A DNA stretch of 37,909 bases from the IMG/VR virus record IMGVR_UViG_3300038315_000155, positions 1 to 37,909 of that record. The stretch is one strand, 5' to 3'. Shown here in pieces: positions 1 through 9,029 of this stretch. Under the pieces are notes generated by a model, which saw nothing but the letters and a program-made list of their open reading frames with translations, ran no database searches and was not told the DNA's origin. Origin of the DNA: a virus. Taxonomy: Duplodnaviria; Caudoviricetes. The position numbers and the translations under genes were made by a program. How positions within the stretch are numbered: the first letter of the stretch is position 1; each line of letters begins with the position of its first letter.

Positions 1-128
1 AGTGGTCACTAACACGCCTTAAGTGGCACTTAAGTACTCGTATCTACCACTAAAGCGTCGTAATGTGCACACAGGCAAAGACAAGGTTGCATCTACCCAC
101 CTTAAAGGGATTAACTCCCTTCTTATTG

Positions 129-320
129 TTACTTGATGAGGTTTAACTCTCTCATCCTTGTCACTACGTGCTTGGAACTTATCCTCCCGAAGTTGGGAAT
201 GAAGTTCAATCTATAGATTCGATAATGGCCTCGAATCTCCATATACTCTCTGACTTCATATAGATTATCGAAGCCAGCCGCCTTGAGCTTACGATAGACG
301 AAATGGGGAAGGTGATCCAT
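129..320 (-). CDS. Small protein resembling the RNA polymerase alpha subunit C-terminal domain (helix-hairpin-helix), 63 aa
   Basis: Start re-called to ATG 320 behind an AAGGAG RBS. The sequence VYRKLKAAGFDNLYEV...LNFIPNFGRISSKHVVTRMRELNL parallels the alpha-CTD pattern (N.LK.AGI..L.DL....L..I.NFG.KS..EI...L...GL). Confidence 0.65.
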   Translation of the reverse strand: MDHLPHFVYRKLKAAGFDNLYEVREYMEIRGHYRIYRLNFIPNFGRISSKHVVTRMRELNLIK

Positions 321-378
321 GCTGATCTCCTTAGTTAGAGAGAATAGGGAGCTGCTTAACTCCCTATCTCGATGAATG

Positions 379-663
379 TTACTCGACGCTTGCGTCGGTG
401 AACACTGGACGCTGCTTACCGTCCTTGGGGCTGATGACGTTGTACACCACCCAGATACGCTCTCCAGCATCGATCTTCTTCTGGCAGAGTGGGAGGTAAT
501 GCTCCGTAGCGGCCTGGAACGCTTGCTCCTCGGACTGGAACCTACGGAATGACAACCGTTTGCTTCCATTGTCGAAGGTCAGCGTCCAACGGGCGGAACC
601 ATCGCCATAGCCATCGACTCCGACTACAGCGGACTGGAACTTACGTCTGAACTTGGCACTCAT
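379..663 (-). CDS. Hypothetical early protein, 94 aa
   Basis: ATG at 663 (MSAKFRRK...) preceded by AGGAG; the upstream extension to 783 looks non-coding. Confidence 0.7.
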   Translation of the reverse strand: MSAKFRRKFQSAVVGVDGYGDGSARWTLTFDNGSKRLSFRRFQSEEQAFQAATEHYLPLCQKKIDAGERIWVVYNVISPKDGKQRPVFTDASVE

Positions 664-1023
664 TGATCTAGCTCCTAGGTTAAAGTTAAAAGGAATGCGC
701 TGCGATCTTACTGACCCACAACACACCCAACACAGAAGCAATGTGCACGGCGGTGGGTCTTGGTAACGGGAGGGGAGGGGCATGAGTGTGTTGAAGGAAC
801 TCCCCCGCCGGAATAAAAAGTGGGGGGTTTTATTGTTGGCTCAGGGCCATAGTCAGATCTATCATCACCCCCTTTAACAGAAAGAGAAATCAATAACAAA
901 AACTAACCGCCCCCGTAAAACAAAAGAGGCCCACTTAATTCTTGTAAGTACCTATATATAATGTGTGACAGATAGGAAGAGATAGTGAGAGGTAAAGAGA
1001 GTTGGGGAAGTTAGTAACGCTGT

Positions 1024-1042
1024 CGGGCAACTGCGTTGCCCG
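1024..1042. promoter_or_regulatory. Perfect 8-bp inverted repeat (CGGGCAAC-tgc-GTTGCCCG), possible operator or hairpin
   Basis: Seen directly in the divergent intergenic region, about 30 bp upstream of a TTGACA. Confidence 0.4.
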
Positions 1043-1073
1043 TGGAAAACGTTGTTATATGTGAAAATAGGGG

Positions 1074-1102
1074 TTGACAGGTATTTGAATCCATGATATC
1101 TA
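1074..1102 (+). promoter_or_regulatory. Putative sigma70-type promoter for the morphogenesis arm
   Basis: TTGACA at 1074-1079, 17-bp spacer ending in TGA, then TATCTA (extended -10-like, imperfect), upstream of the first + strand gene. Confidence 0.5.
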
Positions 1103-1204
1103 TATTTCGTTGTCCCCGCAGGAGCTTAAGCGGTGAAACATAATATACATATACATGACACACAACCTAGTCACTGACAAAACAACTAAGTGGAGATAAG
1201 AGTT

Positions 1205-1666
1205 ATGGCTAATTCAAGTGGATTCTGGGAAAATCAAGACTATGGCGGAACTTCTGCCGGTCATTCCTTTATAAGTGGACGCTCTCCTAACAGGTATCAC
1301 CTTATGCGCTTGCTGCGTAAGAAAGGTATGCGGGAAGTTGGTGAAATCTTGTTCACCGCTCTTGCAGAGAATACTCCTTCCGACTCAGCTAGTGTTACTA
1401 TCAGCCAGCTTACTGCATCGGCTGATACTACTGATAACGTTCAAGGTGGTGTTCGTACTATTGCTGCTAAGGAGATCATGGGCAGTACCTTAGATGGTGG
1501 TGCTAGTGACACAGCCGAAACTGCTCGTGCTGCTACAGAGGCAGACGTAACCACTCTTAATGCTGAGTTAATCCCTAGTGGTACTACGGCTAATCGCCAA
1601 CCAGCTACCTATCCTACTGATGCTTCTGGAAATGGTGGTGGTGGTAAGCAAGACGCTGGTAGGTAG
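1205..1666 (+). CDS. Hypothetical protein, possibly virion-associated (Ala/Thr/Gly-rich)
   Basis: ATG 1205 after a GGAG RBS; first gene of the late arm; ends DASGNGGGGKQDAGR. Confidence 0.7.
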   Translation: MANSSGFWENQDYGGTSAGHSFISGRSPNRYHLMRLLRKKGMREVGEILFTALAENTPSDSASVTISQLTASADTTDNVQGGVRTIAAKEIMGSTLDGGASDTAETARAATEADVTTLNAELIPSGTTANRQPATYPTDASGNGGGGKQDAGR

Positions 1667-1668
1667 AC

Positions 1669-2481
1669 ATGGCAGGGTTTAATGAGTTCCTAGACCTTCT
1701 TGGAGAGAGAAAGCCCAATAACAAGATGGGGTCTTCTCGCTCCCTTGCGGACCTCTTAACAGATGTTAGCGATATAGGAGCCTTTAACAGTGGATACTTA
1801 GATACCGTTTCTGGCACTCCTATTGATCCATCTATCTTCTCACAGACGGAATTAAGAAACGCAGGCTTTGAAGACCTAGCTGACCAAGGATATGTTGATC
1901 CTGCTGTTGATCCTGCTGATGATGGGCCTAAACCTGCTATCGTTCGGCCAGTAATACCAAGGCTCGAGACTGGTATAAGATCTTCGGTTCCTCAAGACGT
2001 TGGAGATAGAGATAAAAACATTCGTCCAGGGAGAGTTCCTGATAAGTTAGCTTCAACACAAGGACTTCCTCCCGGCGGGGCTGGGGCAGATGATGCTTTC
2101 GATGCCCCTGTTGTGCTAGGACCAGACCAAGGCTTCGGCGAAGGTGGTGGAGTAGATCAAGCCTTTCCCCAACGACAACAAGGTGTTGGTATCTTAGCAA
2201 GTGGACAAGCCGCTGGTCCTACGTTAGATACTGCTAGTGACACTACTAAGTTACTTCGTAAGGGTCCAGTAGCGAATAACTTGGTTTCTTCTCAGAACCA
2301 GAACCCTCTTGTTGATTTCTTACTACAACTACTCTCTTCCAATTCGGCTGCCGATGTTGATGACTTTCTTAGTGGGGGAAGCGGTGGTAACAATTCCTTC
2401 GTCCAACGGAACCAACGACTAAGCAATCCGGTTCAAGGAACAATTGCTCAGTCCATCCTTAATAGGAATCGCAGGCGTTGA
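1669..2481 (+). CDS. Hypothetical low-complexity protein (Gly/Asp/Pro-rich), candidate internal virion protein
   Basis: 270-aa ORF tightly packed between its neighbours; 12-bp tandem GTTGATCCTGCT x2 at 1894-1917. Confidence 0.7.
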   Translation: MAGFNEFLDLLGERKPNNKMGSSRSLADLLTDVSDIGAFNSGYLDTVSGTPIDPSIFSQTELRNAGFEDLADQGYVDPAVDPADDGPKPAIVRPVIPRLETGIRSSVPQDVGDRDKNIRPGRVPDKLASTQGLPPGGAGADDAFDAPVVLGPDQGFGEGGGVDQAFPQRQQGVGILASGQAAGPTLDTASDTTKLLRKGPVANNLVSSQNQNPLVDFLLQLLSSNSAADVDDFLSGGSGGNNSFVQRNQRLSNPVQGTIAQSILNRNRRR

Positions 2482-3077
2482 ACAATCTTCCTAGCGGAAC
2501 AGAACCTTTAAGACTCGCTGATGGGACTGAGATAAATCCCATTAACGGTGCTCCTGTAGAAGAAGAAGTGCTGGTTGAAGTCCCAAACCTTCAACAAATC
2601 AAAAGGGAGATTACTGCTTCTCGTAAGAGGATCAGTGATCTCCCTCTTCCTCCTGGACAGATGAACACACTTAGTGTTATTCTCTCTTACTCCTTACAAG
2701 GAATAAGCGACAAGGACATTAGTAATGTATTGTCTATACCTCTAGAGCAAGTAGAGGCGGTCAAACAGTCCGATGCTTATAGTGAGTTACAGACTACTAT
2801 CGTCAAGAGCATCCTAGAGTCTGACTCAGAGGATGTAAGAAACCTCTTTGTACAATACAGTCACCTAGCAGCGGAGTTCATGGTTGGTGTTGTAGCTAGT
2901 AACGAAGTAGGAATCGGAACTAGGATGTCTGCTGCTAAGGATGTCCTTGATAGGGCTGGTCAACGTCCTGTTGATGTGATAGAACATCGACATAGGATGG
3001 AAGGCGGACTTACCATTGAATACGTAGAGAAGAAAGACGACATCCCAATTATTGATGTTACTCCTGAGGAGTTCTAA
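2478..3077 (+). CDS. terS: Probable terminase small subunit
   Basis: HTH-like segment (GISDKDISNVLSIPLEQVEAV), RMSAAKDVLDRAG motif and C-terminal IDVTP typical of TerS; lies upstream of TerL; TTG start. Confidence 0.65.
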   Translation: MNNLPSGTEPLRLADGTEINPINGAPVEEEVLVEVPNLQQIKREITASRKRISDLPLPPGQMNTLSVILSYSLQGISDKDISNVLSIPLEQVEAVKQSDAYSELQTTIVKSILESDSEDVRNLFVQYSHLAAEFMVGVVASNEVGIGTRMSAAKDVLDRAGQRPVDVIEHRHRMEGGLTIEYVEKKDDIPIIDVTPEEF

Positions 3078-3553
3078 TGGCTGATAATCCCTTATCAAGA
3101 GGGCAAATTCGACCTACTCGTGATCCATTGGATGACGTTCCTAATGACGTTGGAGGTAGAGATGATAACATCCTTCCACCTACAAAAAAGCCGCCAGAGA
3201 TGTTGGAGTTAATGCCTGTTATCGACCCATTAGCTAGAAAACAGATTAGACCTCCTACAAGAAAGCCTTTCCTAGTACCGAAGAGTACTCCAACAGAGGA
3301 AGAACTCTTTCAACAAAGATTAACTGATGTAGAGCAACAAGAACAAGTCAGAGAAGATTTTGCTCCTTTCTTTTCACATAAGTTTAATCAGTTAAGAGAG
3401 AGCAACCCAGGAGAAATAAGAAGTCTCCTTATGGAACAACTTATGAGTGCTTTCGATGAATTACCTAATGCTCATCCTAAACAAAAAGACTTCTCTGAGG
3501 AGAATGCTGATGTCCTAAAACGAATACTAAGTGACAGAGAACGAGAAGCATAA
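3077..3553 (+). CDS. Hypothetical Pro-rich protein with an internal repeat
   Basis: TAATG coupling to TerS; repeated motif NPLSRGQIRPTR / DPLARKQIRPPTR. Confidence 0.7.
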   Translation: MADNPLSRGQIRPTRDPLDDVPNDVGGRDDNILPPTKKPPEMLELMPVIDPLARKQIRPPTRKPFLVPKSTPTEEELFQQRLTDVEQQEQVREDFAPFFSHKFNQLRESNPGEIRSLLMEQLMSAFDELPNAHPKQKDFSEENADVLKRILSDREREA

Positions 3554-3580
3554 TATCTGACTTAACGGAAGGAGACTAAG

Positions 3581-3820
3581 ATGGCTACTGTAGTAGAAGT
3601 TGGTGGTAATGGTGGAGGTAGAACTGGTAGCGGGATAGAAAACAAACTTAGCAGCGTCAATCGTGGTGCTGCAACCGTTATTGCCAATCTCACTCCTAGT
3701 TACATTGGTGAACGCGCCCATGATGTAGCTTCCGACAGGAACTATGTAGGCAAGAGAGTTGATGGAGACTTCAACACTGATGTCCTTACTAGTTCTGATT
3801 GGGTAGTTGACAATAGGTAA
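3581..3820 (+). CDS. Hypothetical protein, 79 aa
   Basis: AAGGAG RBS; TAATG-coupled to TerL. Confidence 0.75.
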   Translation: MATVVEVGGNGGGRTGSGIENKLSSVNRGAATVIANLTPSYIGERAHDVASDRNYVGKRVDGDFNTDVLTSSDWVVDNR

Positions 3821-5439
3821 TGCCTACCTATCGAATCCATAAAGGAAGCCTTAACGGCAGATTCTTAGCCTCCCGCGTTAAAGTACAACTCTTTGGTGGG
3901 GGATTTGCTAATGGCAAGACAGCGACAGTTTGTATCAAATGTCTCCAATTGGCTAAGGACTATCCTGGCGCTAATATTCTTATGGCTAGGTCTACATATC
4001 CTAAACTTAATGATACACTTCGTAAAGAGTTTCTGAAATGGTGTCCTCCACATTGGATAGAGAGTTTTCCTAAGAGTGCTAACGCCTCTAATACATGTAC
4101 ATTAACCAATGGAACGACAATTAACTTTAGATACATTGCTCAACAGGGTAAGGTCGGCCACGAAGCAACTACTTCAAACTTGCTCTCCGCTACATATGAT
4201 GCAGTTATTGTTGACCAGATGGAAGACCCAGAGATCGTCCATAAGGACTTCTTGGACTTGCTTGGAAGATTACGAGGATCAACCCCTTACATTGGTGATG
4301 ATCCTACAATGCCTTCAACTGGGCCTCGTCAGTTTTTGCTTACTACTAATCCTACTCGCGGTTGGGTATATCGTAAGCTAGTCAAACCTATACATGACTT
4401 GTTGCCATATGATCCTACTACTGGAAAGAAGAAACGTCCTGTCATCAATGACGACTTACTCTGTGAAGTAGATGAGGATGGAAAGATAGTTCGTGGTGAT
4501 GATGGAATGCCTATTCCGATCATAGAAGTACATGAGGGTTCTACCTATGAGAACAAGGAGAACCTAGAACCAGACTTCATACGTACTCTTGAGTCTACGT
4601 ATAAGGGGCAGATGCGTACTCGCTTCTTGTTGGGACAATGGGCTAGTTACGAAGGTCTTGTTTATCCTGCCTTTGATGAAGGCGTCCATGTAATGTCTCA
4701 TCACTCTATAATTAACTACTATAGACAACAGCAGATGAAGACACAGGCCGTTACAATCATCGAGGGCTATGATTACGGTCTAGCTGTTCCATTCTGTTAC
4801 ATGTTAGGTTTCTGTGATGATAAAGGCAATGTCTTCCTCATGGCTGGTGCTTATAAGGCTGAATTGGGACTAGATGCACATATTAATGGTGTCCACGATC
4901 CAGGCCAAGAAGAATTCCTTGGTATTAAGGATATTAGAAAAGAATACAACATCGAACAGAACATGATCCTTGCTGATCCTGACATCTTCCGTAGAAAGAC
5001 AGTTGGAAAGAAGTTAGTCGGCAAGTCTATCTCTGACATGTTCCTAGAAGAGGATTTAGTCTGTACTCGTGGCAATAACGATATAGCTAATGGCATTGTC
5101 AAGGTTAGTCAGTATCTAGCTATACAAGCTAATCACCAGAATCCAATTACAGGGGAATTCGGTGCTCCTTATCTATATGTAAGTGATGAACTAGAATTCT
5201 TCATTGATGAGATCAATGATTACTACTGGAAGAAGAACCCGACCGGAGAACAGGTTGACCAGCCAGTAGATAAAGATGATCATGCTATGGACACTGTTAA
5301 ATACATGTTGTCTAATCGTCCGCATATCTCTAAGCTGATAGTCAAGGCTGAACCTAAACAGGTTGGTTGGAGACAGTGGGGAGAAAGAGACATACAAGAA
5401 CATCGTAGGGATACGAGACATGGCATCAGTCAATCCTAA
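3820..5439 (+). CDS. terL: Terminase large subunit
   Basis: Walker A GGGFANGKT, Walker B-like VIVDQMED, coupling motif LTTNP, RNase H nuclease motifs GYDYG and DDHAMD. Confidence 0.95.
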   Translation: MPTYRIHKGSLNGRFLASRVKVQLFGGGFANGKTATVCIKCLQLAKDYPGANILMARSTYPKLNDTLRKEFLKWCPPHWIESFPKSANASNTCTLTNGTTINFRYIAQQGKVGHEATTSNLLSATYDAVIVDQMEDPEIVHKDFLDLLGRLRGSTPYIGDDPTMPSTGPRQFLLTTNPTRGWVYRKLVKPIHDLLPYDPTTGKKKRPVINDDLLCEVDEDGKIVRGDDGMPIPIIEVHEGSTYENKENLEPDFIRTLESTYKGQMRTRFLLGQWASYEGLVYPAFDEGVHVMSHHSIINYYRQQQMKTQAVTIIEGYDYGLAVPFCYMLGFCDDKGNVFLMAGAYKAELGLDAHINGVHDPGQEEFLGIKDIRKEYNIEQNMILADPDIFRRKTVGKKLVGKSISDMFLEEDLVCTRGNNDIANGIVKVSQYLAIQANHQNPITGEFGAPYLYVSDELEFFIDEINDYYWKKNPTGEQVDQPVDKDDHAMDTVKYMLSNRPHISKLIVKAEPKQVGWRQWGERDIQEHRRDTRHGISQS

Positions 5440-6841
5440 GATATTACAAGCTCTTATAAAGAAGCTTTTAGGCGATTTAGATATCCAGCCCAAGGCGAAG
5501 GAATCTCCATTGGAAGAGTTGATCAAACAAGAACAAAATGTTCAGAGAAAAGGCCAACGGGATATTGCCAGAGAAGCTGAGATGGAGACAGGCTCTCCTA
5601 TCCCCAGCCCCTCCGAATCCATCGAAGGAGTTGCAGCGAAACCCAGAGAAATGACTGAGCCACGCCCACAGGTTATCAATGAAATTACAGGAGAACTTGA
5701 GCCGACTGGACCTGGACCAGAATTCACTAATATAGAGTCTGGGCTTGATAAGAGCTTCTTAAGTAAAGAGCAACTACAGAAGTTGGAAGACATCCTAGTT
5801 GAGATGGAGACTCAAAACCCCTTAGCCGATAAAGCTACATTAGAACAGATGGCTTTGGAAAGACTGACTTCTACTAATATCCCCAAAGGAAGCCGCTTCC
5901 AAGGCAAAACGATTACACAACGAGAAAAGATACTAAAAGCTAATAAGCAAGCCGCCATACGAGGCGACCAGAAATTCATGCGAAGAGGAAATAAAGAACG
6001 CTTCGACCAAGGAACAGCGACTTTCCCCGGAGAGACTCCCCCAGAAGTCTTTGTACCGAAACCTAGGAAGAAGGGAAGTAGGAGTCCAACTGTTAAGAAG
6101 GGTGTTGGAGTATTATCTTCTCCGCGTCTAATCAATGCCGACAAAGTAGAAGCCCCTCTTTCCGATCCTAGAAGTTTTAGGAATCTTAAAGGAGATGAGA
6201 ATCTAGCAAGGGAGGCTTTCAAAGAAGGAACAGGAGATAGAAGGCACCTAGCTAAAGATACACTTCCCGAACAGTCCATGATTAGTTCTAAAGCACAAGA
6301 ATCACGCCTTGACCTATTTGGGGAAGAAAAAGCTAGGCTACAGGCTGAGGTAGCTGCTGAACTAGACCAATTCAAACGAGAGAACCCCCAATACAACCGT
6401 GGAGAACTTGAAGCTGTTCGTAAGAGCATGGAAACTAGTAAGGTCGAAGCAGCAAGTGTAAGCAAACGTATTGATGAGATAATGAAACAAGTAGAAGAGT
6501 TATTTGGTCGTATGGGAGGCTTTCATGTTAACAAGGGTACTAGAGAGATCAAGTCTACTACTCCTATCGCTGATATAAAGAAGGCAAGGTCTGAACAAGG
6601 ACTAACTGAGGCGAAACAACGTTTGATTGTCCAACATGCCATCTTCTCCCAAGCCGCCGAACGTGCTAGGAAATCTGGAGACTTAACAGAGATAGAAGGC
6701 ATGTTAAGGGAACTTTCAAGTCCTAATCTAGGGATTCCAGAAGGGGCATTACCTAGACTAGAAGGGCCAGCTTCCGACTTTGGACAGCCCGCTCCTAGCT
6801 TAGATGATCTATTTAATAGGAAAGTAATAGGAAGACCATAA
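5420..6841 (+). CDS. Hypothetical charged/disordered protein with N-terminal NPKILQAL motif; candidate packaged cargo protein
   Basis: Start re-called to ATG 5420 (MASVNPKILQALIKKL) by identity with the N-terminus of ORF 13171; sits between TerL and portal. Confidence 0.75.
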   Translation: MASVNPKILQALIKKLLGDLDIQPKAKESPLEELIKQEQNVQRKGQRDIAREAEMETGSPIPSPSESIEGVAAKPREMTEPRPQVINEITGELEPTGPGPEFTNIESGLDKSFLSKEQLQKLEDILVEMETQNPLADKATLEQMALERLTSTNIPKGSRFQGKTITQREKILKANKQAAIRGDQKFMRRGNKERFDQGTATFPGETPPEVFVPKPRKKGSRSPTVKKGVGVLSSPRLINADKVEAPLSDPRSFRNLKGDENLAREAFKEGTGDRRHLAKDTLPEQSMISSKAQESRLDLFGEEKARLQAEVAAELDQFKRENPQYNRGELEAVRKSMETSKVEAASVSKRIDEIMKQVEELFGRMGGFHVNKGTREIKSTTPIADIKKARSEQGLTEAKQRLIVQHAIFSQAAERARKSGDLTEIEGMLRELSSPNLGIPEGALPRLEGPASDFGQPAPSLDDLFNRKVIGRP

Positions 6842-9018
6842 TGGCTGATGAACAAATCCCCGAAGAGGTTGACGCTGCAATAGATAGCTCTCTCGGTGAA
6901 GCTGCTCCTAAAAGGCGTAGCCGTAGACGTAAAGACCCAGTATATAAAGTAGTAGGTGATAGTAAGATACCTGTGTCTAAAGATACTGGTAAAGTGTGGA
7001 AGTCGCGTGTTGCTCAGTCTAAAGAGCATACTAAGACTGTGACTGAAGCATGGTCTGAAGCTATCCGTTATTACGAGAATGATCAACTAGGTCATAGGCA
7101 AGGACAAGAGAATGCTAGTGGGAACCGACTCGGTAATCGGAAACTTAATAATAACATTACCGAAACGGAGAATGTGGTCTTCGCCAACGTTACTACGATG
7201 GTTCCAGCGTTGTATGCTCGTAATCCTGAGTCTGAGTTTACTTCTAACGTAGAGAGCAAGAAAGGTCTTGCTACTACACTAGAAAGACTAGTTAATGTCC
7301 TTGGTGGGCGTAAGGCAGCTCCCGGCATTAACTTAAAACCCAAAGCCAAACGTTGCGTTGTCACTTGTCTTCTTACTAATAGAGCGTGGATGAAGATAGG
7401 TTGGACACCTAAACAAGAGAGTAGTGAACAGGCATTGAATGATCTAGCCACTCTAGCTGAACAGTTAGAGAAGGCCAAAGATAGTAAGGCTATCATAGAG
7501 ATAGAAGGACGGATACAAGCTCTAGAAGAGGGTATAGACATTCTACAGCCTTCTGGTCCTTTTGCTAAGGTTAAACTGCCATTTGATATCATGGTTGATC
7601 CTAATGCTAAGGAGATTGACTGTTCAGATGCCAACTGGCTCATTGAAGAGGATATGTTGCCTACTTCCTTCATCTTAGCCAAGTATGCTAGGAAGACAAA
7701 GAATACTACAGAGTATAAGTCCATCTATCAGCCTACTCATGTTATGAAGGCGACATTAGGAGGCGATGATGGGATTGAGAATGCTGATAACTTCAGTATC
7801 TTCTCACAAGACAAGAACGAAACTCCTAAGTCATTTGGCTTCAATGATCAAGAATCATTCGACAAGGCTAAGATGACTAAGGTAGCTATTGTATGGGATA
7901 AAGTCACTCGTAGGGTTCTTATGTTCAATACTAATGATTGGACATGGCCTATCTGGGTATGGGATGACCCCTTACAGCTTGATACATTCTTCCCGTACTA
8001 TCCTCTTACGTTCTTTGAGAGTCCTAATGGACCTTTGACCGTTGGAGAGGTTACTCATTACCTAGACCAACAAGACGGTATCAATGAGATTACCGATGAA
8101 AGGCGTAGAGCTAGGAAATGGGCAAGAAGGAATATATTCTTCAATACTAATGTTATCAGTCAAGAGGATGCAACAGCGGTTCTCAATGGTGATGATGGAA
8201 CAGCTAGAGGACTTAATGTCCCTATCGAGATCAAATTGCTTGATGTAATTGGTTCTATTCCTCCTCCATCATTACAGTTCGATCAAATCTTTGATAAGGA
8301 AGACTTATATAGAGCTATTGATCGTATCTCCTCTGTAGGGACAGTTCTACGTGGAGAACAGTTTAAGACTAATACTAACAAGGCTGCTGTCCAAGCTAAC
8401 TCTACTGCTGCTAACATGCGTGTAGATGAGAAGGCCGATCAAATAGAGGATTGGATAGGAGACATTTATTGGGGGATAGCACAGCTTTGTCTTATGAATA
8501 TGTCTTCTGAGACAGTTCAGGCAATGATAGGCGAAGAAGCTGAATGGGAAAACATGAGTGCTGATGAAATCTCTCAGTTATCTCAAACAGTGGTAGGTGG
8601 TTCTACTCGTAAGCCTACTAGTGCTGCTAAGAAAGAGGAGGCTCTTGAATTCGGACAGGTCTTGGGACAGTTTGTTAATGCTGCCCCTGGACCTGTTCTG
8701 AAAGTCATGCTGCAAGTTATGGAACGGGCCTTCGATGAAGTAACAATGAGAGAAGAAGATTGGCAAGAACTAATTGCCGCTATTGATCAACAAGCGCAAC
8801 AAGGACAGGGACAGGGACAAGCTGCCCCTGCCGGTCCTAATGTTAGTACTGCTAGTCCAGAACAGTTACAAGAGATAATGTCTCAATTACCTCCTGAGAT
8901 AAAACAGCAAATTAAGAGTGCTATTGACTCAGGAGTATCACCGCAAGAGGCGCTGCAAGCTGCAATGGAGCAGATTCAGCAACAACAACAACAGCCTCCT
9001 GCCGCCACTGTCCAATAA
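6841..9018 (+). CDS. Portal protein (P22-like podovirus type)
   Basis: 725 aa, after TerL and before scaffold/capsid; helical composition, DQQDGINE segment, Gln-rich C-terminal tail. Confidence 0.85.
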   Translation: MADEQIPEEVDAAIDSSLGEAAPKRRSRRRKDPVYKVVGDSKIPVSKDTGKVWKSRVAQSKEHTKTVTEAWSEAIRYYENDQLGHRQGQENASGNRLGNRKLNNNITETENVVFANVTTMVPALYARNPESEFTSNVESKKGLATTLERLVNVLGGRKAAPGINLKPKAKRCVVTCLLTNRAWMKIGWTPKQESSEQALNDLATLAEQLEKAKDSKAIIEIEGRIQALEEGIDILQPSGPFAKVKLPFDIMVDPNAKEIDCSDANWLIEEDMLPTSFILAKYARKTKNTTEYKSIYQPTHVMKATLGGDDGIENADNFSIFSQDKNETPKSFGFNDQESFDKAKMTKVAIVWDKVTRRVLMFNTNDWTWPIWVWDDPLQLDTFFPYYPLTFFESPNGPLTVGEVTHYLDQQDGINEITDERRRARKWARRNIFFNTNVISQEDATAVLNGDDGTARGLNVPIEIKLLDVIGSIPPPSLQFDQIFDKEDLYRAIDRISSVGTVLRGEQFKTNTNKAAVQANSTAANMRVDEKADQIEDWIGDIYWGIAQLCLMNMSSETVQAMIGEEAEWENMSADEISQLSQTVVGGSTRKPTSAAKKEEALEFGQVLGQFVNAAPGPVLKVMLQVMERAFDEVTMREEDWQELIAAIDQQAQQGQGQGQAAPAGPNVSTASPEQLQEIMSQLPPEIKQQIKSAIDSGVSPQEALQAAMEQIQQQQQQPPAATVQ

Positions 9019-9029
9019 GGGGATGACTA

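Noticed and set aside
321-569. N-terminal extension of the 146-aa ORF 129..569
   Set aside because: Overlaps gene 379-663 in another frame and is Ser/Arg-rich noise; the real RBS and ATG are at 320.
5363-5419. Upstream start for the 492-aa ORF
   Set aside because: Lies inside TerL; the motif shared with ORF 13171 identifies ATG 5420 as the start.
5812-7724. Long antisense ORFs (217, 187 and 210 aa)
   Set aside because: Shadow frames of well-supported + strand genes, with no RBS or protein-like motifs.
8790-9000. CAA/CAG and GGACAG repeats at the portal 3' end
   Set aside because: They simply encode the Gln/Gly-rich portal tail; not a CRISPR array or regulatory repeat.
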